Shown: positions 8,296 to 16,079, counted from the stretch's first letter. The stretch: DNA of 21,046 bases from Erysipelotrichaceae bacterium (GCA_028698185.1 JAQVDW010000031.1:1-21046), one strand, 5' to 3'. Notes: a model not told the origin generated them from the letters alone. Translations and numbers: made by a program.

Positions 8296-9125
8296 ATCTC
8301 ATATCGACCTCGGGCGTTGCATATCAAGTCGCTGTTTACGACCTGCGCCCGTTGACCCCAATAATTTCCTGAAAGGATAGTCCAAAGAGGCAACAAACCG
8401 GGATCCCGCCTCCTATGTTTATGGAAACCGCATTTTAGACTATGGGTGTTTTGAAAATAAAACGGATTTTTTCCAGCCATCGGTCGTCTTTGCAGACCAC
8501 GAATCCGGCCAGGGCATCAATGTGCCCTCCTAGATACTTGGTTCCGCTGTGGACCACCATATCCGCCCCCAAATCAAAGGGATTTTGAATATACGGTGAC
8601 AGGAATGTGTTGTCGACAACTACCAGCAAACCATTGGTCCTGACATAGCGACAACTTTGGCGATACCGATGATGTTCATCATCTGATTGGTGGGGGTTCA
8701 AAATAGATCGCGCTTGTATTTGATTTAATGCGATTTTCAATCGGCTCCGGTGCCAGAGATCCGCCCTATTTGCATCTATCACGTTTTTTTGACTGATATG
8801 GTCGAGCAAGCGGCCCGCTCCGCCATAAAGATAATAATCCACGATAATATGGTCGCCAGAAGGTGAGCAAGTTCGAAGATTGCGGTAATGGCAACCATCC
8901 CTGAGCTAAAGACGACAGCGCCCGATCCGTTTCCGAGATCCACTACAGTTTTCTCTACCTGTTTGCGGGTCGGGTTCTGAAGCCGGCTGTAATCATAGCC
9001 GCTGCTTTGATCGAGTCCCAAAAGCCAACCGTGGCGCTTTGGTAAATCGGAAAACATATGGCCCGCGACTTGTCGCAGAAACTTTCACGACTTTCAAGGT
9101 GGAGCCATTTGATCTGGATATCGTG
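8296..9125 (-). pseudogene. Cys/Met-metabolism PLP enzyme (cystathionine lyase/synthase, MccB/MetC-like) with multiple frameshifts
   Basis: Family motifs are scattered over different frames: AICFPIYQSAT; GYDYSRLQNPTRKQVEKTVVDLGNGSGAVVFSSGMVAI; GDHIIVDYYLYGGAGRL; ETPTNQMMNII; and VVVDNTFLSPYIQNPFDLGADMVVHSGTKYLGGHIDALAGFVV (PLP-binding Lys). The 3-prime third is degenerate and ends at the mnmA relic. Confidence 0.8.
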
Positions 9126-9150
9126 TTCCCTAATAACTCCCTATTTTATC

Positions 9151-10086
9151 TTAGTCCTGGAACAGCGCGGTCGACAGGTAACGGTCGCCGTTGTCAGGCA
9201 ATAACACCACTATGTTCTTTCCTTTGTTTTCCGGCCTTTTCGCCAATATTTCAACTGCCTTCAATGCCGCTCCTGAGGAAATCCCGACCAGAACCCCTTC
9301 ACTTTGGCCAAAGAGGCGACCATATTTGAAAGCATCTTCATTGGCGATTGTGATCACCTCGTCATAGATTCGCGTATCAAGAGTAGCGGGCACAAAGCCT
9401 GCTCCGATTCCCTGAATCTTGTGGGGCCCCGGATTGCCCTGGGTCAATACCGGACTTGCTTCAGGCTCGATTCCAACAACCTTGATATCGGGATTTTTCT
9501 CCTTTAGAAAAGCACCGACCCCGCTGATTGTCCCTCCGGTACCGATCCCGGCAACGAAGATATCGACATTTCCCTGTGTCTGTTCCCAAATTTCCACTGC
9601 GGTTGTTAACCTGTGGATGGTTGGATTGGCAGGATTTTCAAATTGCCCCAGGATCAGCGAATTTTCAATCTGGGCGTGTAGCTCATCGGCCTTGGCGATG
9701 GCCCCTTTCATACCCAGGGCACCCTCAGTAAGGACTAGCGTTGCCCCATAGGCCTTGAGGAAATTGCGGCGTTCGATGCTCATCGTATCAGGCAGAGTCA
9801 GTATCGTTTTGTAGCCGTAAGCCGCGGCTACGGCTGCGATTGCGATTCCCGTATTCCCGCTGGTCGGTTCGATTATCACGGTATCTTCATTCAACAGTCC
9901 CCTTTTCCGGGCATCCTCTATCATCGCATAAGCTATCCGGTCCTTGATTGAACCCGAAAGGCTATATCCTTCAAGTTTGGCAAATATACTCGTATCTACG
10001 ATTCCCGTATTTTTCGCGAAGCGGCTTATTTTCAACAATGGTGTCTGGCCAATCAATTCGATGGCGCTTTCGACTGTTCTATTCAT
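9151..10086 (-). CDS. cysK: Cysteine synthase A / O-acetylserine sulfhydrylase family protein (CysK or MccA-like)
   Basis: 311 aa, intact. PLP-binding lysine in SGSIKDR. Also TSGNTGIAIA and GIGTGGTISG loops. SD AGGAGAAAAG precedes the ATG. Confidence 0.9.
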   Translation of the reverse strand: MNRTVESAIELIGQTPLLKISRFAKNTGIVDTSIFAKLEGYSLSGSIKDRIAYAMIEDARKRGLLNEDTVIIEPTSGNTGIAIAAVAAAYGYKTILTLPDTMSIERRNFLKAYGATLVLTEGALGMKGAIAKADELHAQIENSLILGQFENPANPTIHRLTTAVEIWEQTQGNVDIFVAGIGTGGTISGVGAFLKEKNPDIKVVGIEPEASPVLTQGNPGPHKIQGIGAGFVPATLDTRIYDEVITIANEDAFKYGRLFGQSEGVLVGISSGAALKAVEILAKRPENKGKNIVVLLPDNGDRYLSTALFQD

Positions 10087-10206
10087 TTTCTTTTCTCCTA
10101 AATATCAATAATTTCTGATTCAATCATATCGGCATCATGTGCAAAAACACAGAACACGACGCCTCACTTATATTCCATACTATTTTAGTAGGTTTACTAT
10201 AATTAA

Positions 10207-10235
10207 ACTATACATTTTTGCCAAACATATGTCAA
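10207..10235 (-). promoter_or_regulatory. sigmaA-type promoter of cysK
   Basis: Minus strand TTGACA (10230-10235), 17 nt spacer, TATAGT (10207-10212). The leader of about 115 nt contains TATGGAAT (GGAAT at 10172-10176). Confidence 0.65.
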
Positions 10236-10297
10236 CCATGGTGATAAACTTTATTTATCGTTGGTCTCAACAGCCGATTAAAGAACTTCTTGATAAC

Positions 10298-10316
10298 AAA
10301 AAAACACGACCTGTGT
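10298..10316 (-). terminator. Weak hairpin plus T7 at the end of the desulfurase relic
   Basis: Minus strand ACAC-AGGTC-GTGT followed by TTTTTTT. The stem is only 4 bp. Confidence 0.3.
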
Positions 10317-10769
10317 CATGTTTTTGATTTGTTCAATATTTCCAATATTCCAGGCAGGCTTTCGAGGACATATTCCAGTTTTCTATTTGTCGTGTGCCCG
10401 CTCAAAGTGGGCCTGACTAATTCTGGCGCCCTTTTTTGATCATCACAAGGCCATGATCAAGTGCGATGGTTCAAGGCTTCCCTAAGGCACAGGACGAACC
10501 GCTCGACGCACATATTTCCAGACCGTCATGCAGGACAAGCATGGTCTCAGCCAAAAAAACGGATTGTTGGCCACGGTCCACCACTGGTAAAACAGATCCG
10601 TTCCTTGCGGGCATTTATCCTATCGGCGACTCGGGATCGGCTTTGTACACGGCCAATCTGGCTTTTAGGGAGAAACTCGATACCGACGCCACGTTTGCAT
10701 ATTCCTCGAAGAAAAAAATTCCTTCTCCGCAAAAAACATCACTTGAAAGCCGCTTTGTTGCGGCGTTGT
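10316..10769 (-). pseudogene. Relic of a class-V aminotransferase-fold cysteine desulfurase (NifS/IscS/YrvO-like)
   Basis: N-terminal pieces: EEYANVASVSSFSLKARLAVYKADPESP and ADRINARKERICFTSGG, with VANN in the next frame. C-terminal pieces: LHDGLEICASSGSSCALGKP (catalytic Cys loop), LEPSHLIMAL and LVRPTLSGHTTNRKLEYVLESLPGILEILNKSKT*. The region is about 450 bp versus about 1.1-1.2 kb expected, so a large internal deletion lies near 10545 in addition to the frameshifts. Confidence 0.75.
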
Positions 10770-11213
10770 CTAGATATACCAGGCGATCCATTCCTGATTT
10801 TCTCCTTCATGATGCCAGTCGACCAGATCCTGCAAGCTTATATTGTCGACAACCTCGGAGATGGCATCGTCAATTTTTTTCCAGACCCGGGCGGTCACGC
10901 ATTTTGTCGAGCGGGTGCAATCACAGTTTTGCTCGACGCAATCGACCGGGGTCAGGCTGCCTTCAATCAGCCGCAAAATCATCCCCACTGTGTATTCCTC
11001 TGGCTTCTTGGCTAGAAGGTAACCGCCTCTGGCGCCACGGATGCTCTGGACATAGTCCGCCTTGTTGAGCATCGATATTATCTGTTCCAGGTATTTTTCG
11101 GAAATATCCTGGCGCGCCGCGATATCCTTCAATTTGATCGGTTCACCTGACTCATTGAGCGCGAGATCGACCATCATTCTCAATGCATAGCGGCCTTTAG
11201 TTGATATCTTCAT
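10770..11213 (-). CDS. Rrf2-family transcriptional regulator with an IscR/NsrR-like cysteine cluster
   Basis: 147 aa from the ATG at 11211-11213, with GGAGG 5 nt upstream. Rrf2 signature MKISTKGRYALRMMVDLA and wHTH SIRGARGGYLLAK. Cysteine motif CVEQNCDCTRSTKC. Confidence 0.9.
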   Translation of the reverse strand: MKISTKGRYALRMMVDLALNESGEPIKLKDIAARQDISEKYLEQIISMLNKADYVQSIRGARGGYLLAKKPEEYTVGMILRLIEGSLTPVDCVEQNCDCTRSTKCVTARVWKKIDDAISEVVDNISLQDLVDWHHEGENQEWIAWYI

Positions 11214-11246
11214 ATTTTCCTCCATTTTCCACATTCCTATGGGATT

Positions 11247-11275
11247 AATATATAATCAATTCGAACAGTTGTCAA
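11247..11275 (-). promoter_or_regulatory. sigmaA-type promoter of the Rrf2 gene
   Basis: Minus strand TTGACA (11270-11275), 17 nt spacer, TATATT (11247-11252). It is followed by CCCATAGGAATGTGG (GGAAT at 11233-11237). Confidence 0.6.
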
Positions 11276-11293
11276 CAATTACGGTTTGGGCCG

Positions 11294-11321
11294 CAAAAAA
11301 ACCTCTGCTTTTGCAAAGGTT
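11294..11321 (-). terminator. Rho-independent terminator of the SDR gene
   Basis: Minus strand AACCTTTGC-AAAA-GCAGAGGTT (9 bp including one G:U pair) followed by T7. It starts 5 nt after the stop. Confidence 0.8.
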
Positions 11322-11325
11322 GATA

Positions 11326-12084
11326 TCAAACTGAAGTATAGCCTCCATCGATTGGCAAGATAACCCCGGTGACATATGAAGCCTCGTCGCTTGCTAAAAA
11401 GATCGCTCCGGCGTTGAGTTCCCCTTCATTGCCATATCGGCCAAGCGGAACCGTCGTTTGCATATAGGCCTGGAATGTATCGGTGGATAGTGTTTCAACT
11501 GTCAACTCGGTGGCGAAATAACCAGGGCAAATCGCATTACATGTGATGTTATACTTAGCCAGCTCGGCAGCCACCGCCCGGGTGAAGTTAACCACGCCGC
11601 CTTTGGATGCATGGTAGGCTACGGTATCGATGGCAGTATTTCCCACAAGTCCGTACATCGAAGCGATATTGATGATGCGGCCGTAATTGCGTTTTTTCAT
11701 GATATTCGCAAATGCGCGGGTTACCAAAAAGACGCTTTTCAAATCGACATCCATTGTGAAATCCCACTCTTCGTCGGTCATTTCCAATACTCCGGCATTT
11801 TTTGCCGCGCCGGCATTGTTCACCAGGACATCGACTTTTCCAAACGTGTCCTCGACCAGCTTGGCTGCGGCATTTACTGAAGCCGTATCGGTAACGTCAC
11901 ATTTCACACTCAAGGTTTTGACACCGTACTTTTGAAGTTCGTTTGCAAGTTCGTCAAGCCGTTCCTTTCTTCGGGCCATCAGAGCCAGCGTTGCGCCCTG
12001 TTTGGCAAAACCTTTGGCCATCTGGGCTCCAAGACCTGATGAAGCCCCTGTTATTACAACTACGCGATCCTTTAAATCAAACAT
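11326..12084 (-). CDS. Short-chain dehydrogenase/reductase (classical SDR, FabG/gluconate-5-dehydrogenase-like)
   Basis: 252 aa from the ATG at 12082-12084, with a GGGGTG SD-like site upstream. Motifs TGASSGLG, NNAG and YHASK. C-terminal PIDGGYT. Confidence 0.9.
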   Translation of the reverse strand: MFDLKDRVVVITGASSGLGAQMAKGFAKQGATLALMARRKERLDELANELQKYGVKTLSVKCDVTDTASVNAAAKLVEDTFGKVDVLVNNAGAAKNAGVLEMTDEEWDFTMDVDLKSVFLVTRAFANIMKKRNYGRIINIASMYGLVGNTAIDTVAYHASKGGVVNFTRAVAAELAKYNITCNAICPGYFATELTVETLSTDTFQAYMQTTVPLGRYGNEGELNAGAIFLASDEASYVTGVILPIDGGYTSV

Positions 12085-12146
12085 TGAAACACCCCTATCT
12101 TTCATCTGTATTTATGATAATTATTTCACAATCACCACATGTAACA

Positions 12147-12175
12147 ATTCTACCACTTCAATCTGATTGGGTCAA
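12147..12175 (-). promoter_or_regulatory. sigmaA-type promoter of the SDR gene
   Basis: Minus strand TTGACC (12170-12175), 17 nt spacer, TAGAAT (12147-12152). Confidence 0.6.
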
Positions 12176-12203
12176 TCCAATAATTGAAAGCGCTACGTTT
12201 TTT

Positions 12204-12238
12204 CAAAAAAAGAAACTCCGGATAGGCACCGGTGTCTT
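12204..12238 (-). terminator. Rho-independent terminator of the flavin reductase gene
   Basis: Minus strand AGACACCGG-TGCCTAT-CCGGAGTTT (8 pairs with one A:A mismatch) followed by CTTTTTTT. Confidence 0.65.
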
Positions 12239-12264
12239 AAGCGATCTCATTATTTTCCATTTTC

Positions 12265-12825
12265 TTATTCGAGCAGGATACCATCCTTGAAGGCATTGCC
12301 GGCCTTGGCTCCCAACTTCAGATATTTCTTGTTCACCGGATCGTAGCTGATCAGTTCTAGTTTTTCAGGATCGATCTGCCCCAAGTCATCGAGAACTTCC
12401 TCGGCGGCGGCGACATTGATGATCTCGCCAATAAGCAGTTCTAGCTGTTCATCATAGCTGATCAATTTACATTCAAGCGTCATCGGCAACTGTTCGATTA
12501 CCGGAGCATCGACAAAATCGCTCTTGCTTAGAATCCAGTGGGTCTTGTCGAGTTTTTCCTTAAGATTGTTGCCCGATACGATTCCCACGAAATCGGCGGC
12601 TTCGAGATTCTTCTGGTCGGCCATGGCGACAGTGAACGCCTTCTTGTTCAAGATGTTCGCAACTGTCTTGTGCTTAGCACTCAAAAACAAGGCGATTTTG
12701 TCATGGTCGGCGATGGTTCCCCAGGCCGCATTCATCGCATTGGCGCTGCCGTCCTCGTTGTAGGTGGCGATTACCAGGACGGGCAAAGGGTACATAAAAG
12801 GTTTGGCTCCAAAATTCTTTCTCAT
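12265..12825 (-). CDS. Flavin reductase-like (FMN-binding split-barrel) protein
   Basis: 186 aa from the ATG at 12823-12825, with AGGAGGAA upstream. The sequence PLPVLVIATYNEDGSANAMNAAWG is typical of the flavin reductase domain family. Confidence 0.8.
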   Translation of the reverse strand: MRKNFGAKPFMYPLPVLVIATYNEDGSANAMNAAWGTIADHDKIALFLSAKHKTVANILNKKAFTVAMADQKNLEAADFVGIVSGNNLKEKLDKTHWILSKSDFVDAPVIEQLPMTLECKLISYDEQLELLIGEIINVAAAEEVLDDLGQIDPEKLELISYDPVNKKYLKLGAKAGNAFKDGILLE

Positions 12826-12966
12826 AACATTTCCTCCTGTCAACATTGGAATCAAAACATTAGTATATGGATTATTATATATAATTTTACACCTAATTGC
12901 CGGAAATTGAAAGCCGGATTGCTTACATCGTTGATGTTCGCCCGGAAAATTGCGTCATCATGGCGA

Positions 12967-13644
12967 TTACCAGCTGGCCCGGTACTTCTCCATCAGGCTG
13001 TGCATCAAACTGGCTGAAGTCGGCGGCGTGTAGGTTATCGCATTGGCGCCGGCCTCAATCGTCTCGCTGATTGTCTTCTCGCTGTCGCCTCCAGTGGCGA
13101 TGATTGGAATATCAGGGAACTTTTCCCGGATGGCCTTGATGATCTTGATTGTGTTTTTTCCGCCTGAAACATTGAGAATGGTCGCTCCCGCCTCGATTCT
13201 TTTGGCAATGTCTTCATATTCGGAGATGACTGTGACAATCACGGGGATATCGATTGTTTTCCTGACTCCCGCCAGGACTTCATTGCTTGTGGGAGCATTG
13301 ACGACAACTCCCATGGCACCCTTGAATTCGGCATCCATCGCCAGATTGATTACCCTTTTGCCCTGGGTTATGCCCCCACCCACACCGCAGAATACCGGAA
13401 CGTCGGCCGACATCACCAGCACCTGGGTGATGATTGGTTGAGGCGTGAAGGGGTAGATGGCAATTATCGCATCCGCATTGCAGTTGCGGATCATAGCGAC
13501 ATCGGTCGAAAACAGCAATGATTTTATTTTCTTGCCGAAGATTTCGATCCCGCTGCAGTTCTCGATTGCTTCGGGAACCTTTACTATGTGATTCCTGAAT
13601 GTGCCGTTGATTACCGGCGCTCTTTTGGTTTCATTTTTGCTCAT
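12967..13644 (-). CDS. Conserved protein of unknown function, predicted (beta/alpha)8 phosphate-binding barrel (ThiE/NanE/PcrB-like fold)
   Basis: 225-aa intact ORF. Alternating beta/alpha pattern with Gly-rich loops FCGVGGGITQG and IIATGGDSEKTISETIEAGANAI, typical of phosphate-binding TIM barrels. I recognise no specific family. Confidence 0.5.
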   Translation of the reverse strand: MSKNETKRAPVINGTFRNHIVKVPEAIENCSGIEIFGKKIKSLLFSTDVAMIRNCNADAIIAIYPFTPQPIITQVLVMSADVPVFCGVGGGITQGKRVINLAMDAEFKGAMGVVVNAPTSNEVLAGVRKTIDIPVIVTVISEYEDIAKRIEAGATILNVSGGKNTIKIIKAIREKFPDIPIIATGGDSEKTISETIEAGANAITYTPPTSASLMHSLMEKYRASW

Positions 13645-13801
13645 GACTTTTTTCCTTTATCTGTCTGATTGATTTATTGAGGAGACCCCTTATAAAAGGA
13701 AATTGACCATAATAAAAAAGATTTTCAAACATGAGCACAAGAACCGCTTTAGTCGCGGAAATCAAATTCGAAAACCTCAATTATTATTGACAAGACCCGA
13801 A

Positions 13802-14902
13802 TCAGATTTTGATTTTTCTTGGCCTTGCCTCCCACTGTTCAAGCTCGACATTCCAGTATCCGACCCAATCATTCATTGCCTGGTGGTCCGGATCGCTGGG
13901 ATCCATCATGATTTCACGGAACCGCATAAATCCAGGCACCCCGCCGACATCTTCAGGGGGAGTCTGGCCGCTTGCTTCCACAAGATAAGGTGAATCCTGG
14001 TCATAGTCTTCCAGCACCCTGAGCAACTCGATTTCATGGACCCAATAGTCCCCGAAATCATAGACATATCTTATTCTGTTACCATCAACCAGGAACTCGC
14101 CTAAGGTGTGGTTGCCTATCAGGATGGCTTCATTGTCATACTCGAGATCCTCCTGATAAGGGACAAGTCGGGTCACAGGATTGGATTCCTCACCTCTGTA
14201 GATCGTAAAGTCATAGAGGTGGTAGTTTTTCCAGTCAAAAACATTCTGAAGGACCTTGTGGAGTTCGGTCAAACGCAGATTGGCCGGGACAATAATAGTC
14301 CGGGTCGCCTTGTAAACTTCCAGATCCAGACTCACCCGGATTTCCAGGGCCTTATAGCGCCGGGGTTGCTCTCCGGTCAGATTGGCCAGGGCAGCGACCA
14401 TCGCCTCCTCAGGCGTGAAAGAATCACCTTTGTTTTTGGAATAGTTGACCGGGAAGCGGTTCAAGGGTGCCCCGAGGGTATCGCTGAACATCTTGGCAAC
14501 ACCCATGTATTCATTACCGATGTAAAACGCACTATCCAAGCAGGCCCGGTTGACCCATGCCGTTGCCGCCCGGTTCTGGTTGCGGGAATAATCGATTTCG
14601 CCGGCCATGGCCATGTATTTGGCGACCATTTCCGGATTCAAGTTGAGATCCATAAGCGAATTGTGGATGCCGTTGGTAATGATTTCACGACTTTTTTTAA
14701 GGTCTTTCTTCTTGACTTGGTAGATTGCCACGGCAAACCGGGTGGCGTTGTTGACCAGGACTAGAAGATCCTCCCTCTTGCGGTTGGAATAGACATTTGT
14801 CCAGTTCGCTGTCCAGGTGAAAAGAGGACTGATTGAATCATCACTGGGGGCTGGTTTCAAATCCATGGCATCGGCCAATTTTTTAGTCAAAGCTATCTGC
14901 AT
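13802..14902 (-). CDS. Two-domain protein: N-terminal domain of unknown function plus C-terminal pRiA4b ORF-3 / MM3350-like domain
   Basis: Preferred start is the ATG at 14900-14902 (MQIALTKKLADAM), with AGGAG 8 nt upstream. C-terminal motifs: LEIRVSLDL..., ATRTIIVPANLRLTELHKVLQNVFDWKNYHLYDFTI, YVYDFGDYWVHEIE and QTPPEDVGGVPGF. Confidence 0.7.
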   Translation of the reverse strand: MQIALTKKLADAMDLKPAPSDDSISPLFTWTANWTNVYSNRKREDLLVLVNNATRFAVAIYQVKKKDLKKSREIITNGIHNSLMDLNLNPEMVAKYMAMAGEIDYSRNQNRAATAWVNRACLDSAFYIGNEYMGVAKMFSDTLGAPLNRFPVNYSKNKGDSFTPEEAMVAALANLTGEQPRRYKALEIRVSLDLEVYKATRTIIVPANLRLTELHKVLQNVFDWKNYHLYDFTIYRGEESNPVTRLVPYQEDLEYDNEAILIGNHTLGEFLVDGNRIRYVYDFGDYWVHEIELLRVLEDYDQDSPYLVEASGQTPPEDVGGVPGFMRFREIMMDPSDPDHQAMNDWVGYWNVELEQWEARPRKIKI

Positions 14903-14996
14903 ATTGTCTGCTCCTGTTCCAATCAGGCCCAAGATTGCACCTCTTTTTAGAAGCGCAATTGGCAAAGGCCCGATTAATGGTGTTTCATATATGATG

Positions 14997-15005
14997 ATTA
15001 TATCA
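14997..15005 (-). promoter_or_regulatory. Extended -10 element (TGATATAAT) upstream of the pRiA4b-ORF3-like gene
   Basis: The minus strand reads TGATATAAT. There is no good -35 box. The leader is about 90 nt. Confidence 0.4.
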
Positions 15006-15266
15006 AAAAGAGAAGCTCAAAAAAACAATTACTTAAATAATGTTTCGAACTTGGCAACCCTTCTAGCAGTATTTGGACACTCGCATTTCCAAAAATCAAT
15101 ATCGCCAACTTGACTCAGTCTGGTTGTGTCTTTGTATGCCGGCTTTGGGCTTTTCTAAAGCATCGTCGAATTAAACGGTGCAAGGTTTTAGTAAAGTGTT
15201 CAAAAAAAAAGCAAAAACACCCATCATGCCTTTACGACATGAATGAGTGTCATGGTCTTTGGGTTC

Positions 15267-15974
15267 CTAATCCAGGATTCTGCCATCTGTCGAGATAGTC
15301 ACTACCTGCCATGGGATGAATTTGCCGCTGGCCTGGAGCGCCTTTTTTGCCGCATTTTCGATCCCGCCACAGCAAGGCACTTCCATCTTGACGATGGTGA
15401 CCTTCTGGATATCGTTGTTGGCGATTATCTGTGTCAGTTTTTCGCTGTAATCACCCTCATCAAGCTTGGGACACCCGATCAGTGTCACGTGGTTCTTGAT
15501 GAATCTTTCATGGAAATCGCCATAGGCAAAGGCTGTGCAGTCGGCCGCAATAAGCAGGTTGGCCCCAGCGAAAATCGAAGCGTTGATTGGTGCTAGCTTG
15601 ATTTGCACCGGCCAGTGGGTCAGCTGGCTTGAATTTTCCTGACGTGGCGCAGGCGCTTTTATGTTTGGCACATCGCGCTTGAACACCGCAGCCTGGGTTC
15701 CTGGGCAGCCGATGTGGCCTACCGTGAATTTCCCTTTGGCAGCCATGTTTGCCTGGACTGCCGCTTCATCATATTCGGCCGCCTCACGTTGTTCGAAACT
15801 GATCGCCCCGGTAGGACATGCCGGCAGGCAGTCACCAAGGCCGTCGCAGTAGTCATCACGTATCAGGACCGCTTTGCCTTCCACCATTGTGATTGCCCCT
15901 TCATGGCAGGCCTGGACGCAAAGGCCGCAGCCGTTGCATCTGGTCTGGTCTATCTTGATAATTTGTCGTAACAT
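15267..15974 (-). CDS. 4Fe-4S dicluster ferredoxin-domain protein with a Cys-containing C-terminal domain
   Basis: 235 aa from the ATG at 15972-15974, with an AGAGGAAA SD. Cluster motifs CNGCGLCVQAC and CDGLGDCLPACP. C-terminal features: IAADCTAFAYGDF, LIGCPKLD and MEVPCCGG. Confidence 0.85.
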   Translation of the reverse strand: MLRQIIKIDQTRCNGCGLCVQACHEGAITMVEGKAVLIRDDYCDGLGDCLPACPTGAISFEQREAAEYDEAAVQANMAAKGKFTVGHIGCPGTQAAVFKRDVPNIKAPAPRQENSSQLTHWPVQIKLAPINASIFAGANLLIAADCTAFAYGDFHERFIKNHVTLIGCPKLDEGDYSEKLTQIIANNDIQKVTIVKMEVPCCGGIENAAKKALQASGKFIPWQVVTISTDGRILD

Positions 15975-16079
15975 GGTTGTTTCCTCTCTAATCTTCAATG
16001 TCCGTATTGTCATCCCTTGCATGATACATCATCTTCCAGCGAAAGTATGTTGTAAATCCAACGGTAATTTGTTATCCGA

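Noticed and set aside
10553-10603. T-box-riboswitch-like element upstream of cysK on the minus strand. It reads AGTGGTGGACCGTGG (resembling the T-box AGGGUGGUACCGCG) inside a hairpin AACGGAT...ATCCGTT followed by T7. A UGC-A (Cys codon-like) motif lies further upstream.
   Set aside because: The same bases translate as ...ICFTSGG / VANN, the conserved FTSGGTExNN motif of cysteine desulfurases. The flanks encode further desulfurase motifs. The terminator geometry is wrong for a T-box, and the real cysK promoter lies downstream of it at 10207-10235.
10461-11068. Two long plus-strand ORFs (184 and 200 aa).
   Set aside because: They run antisense to the well-supported Rrf2 gene and the desulfurase relic. 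They have no SD, and their sequence is low-complexity and Arg/Ser/Pro-rich, as is typical of shadow ORFs.
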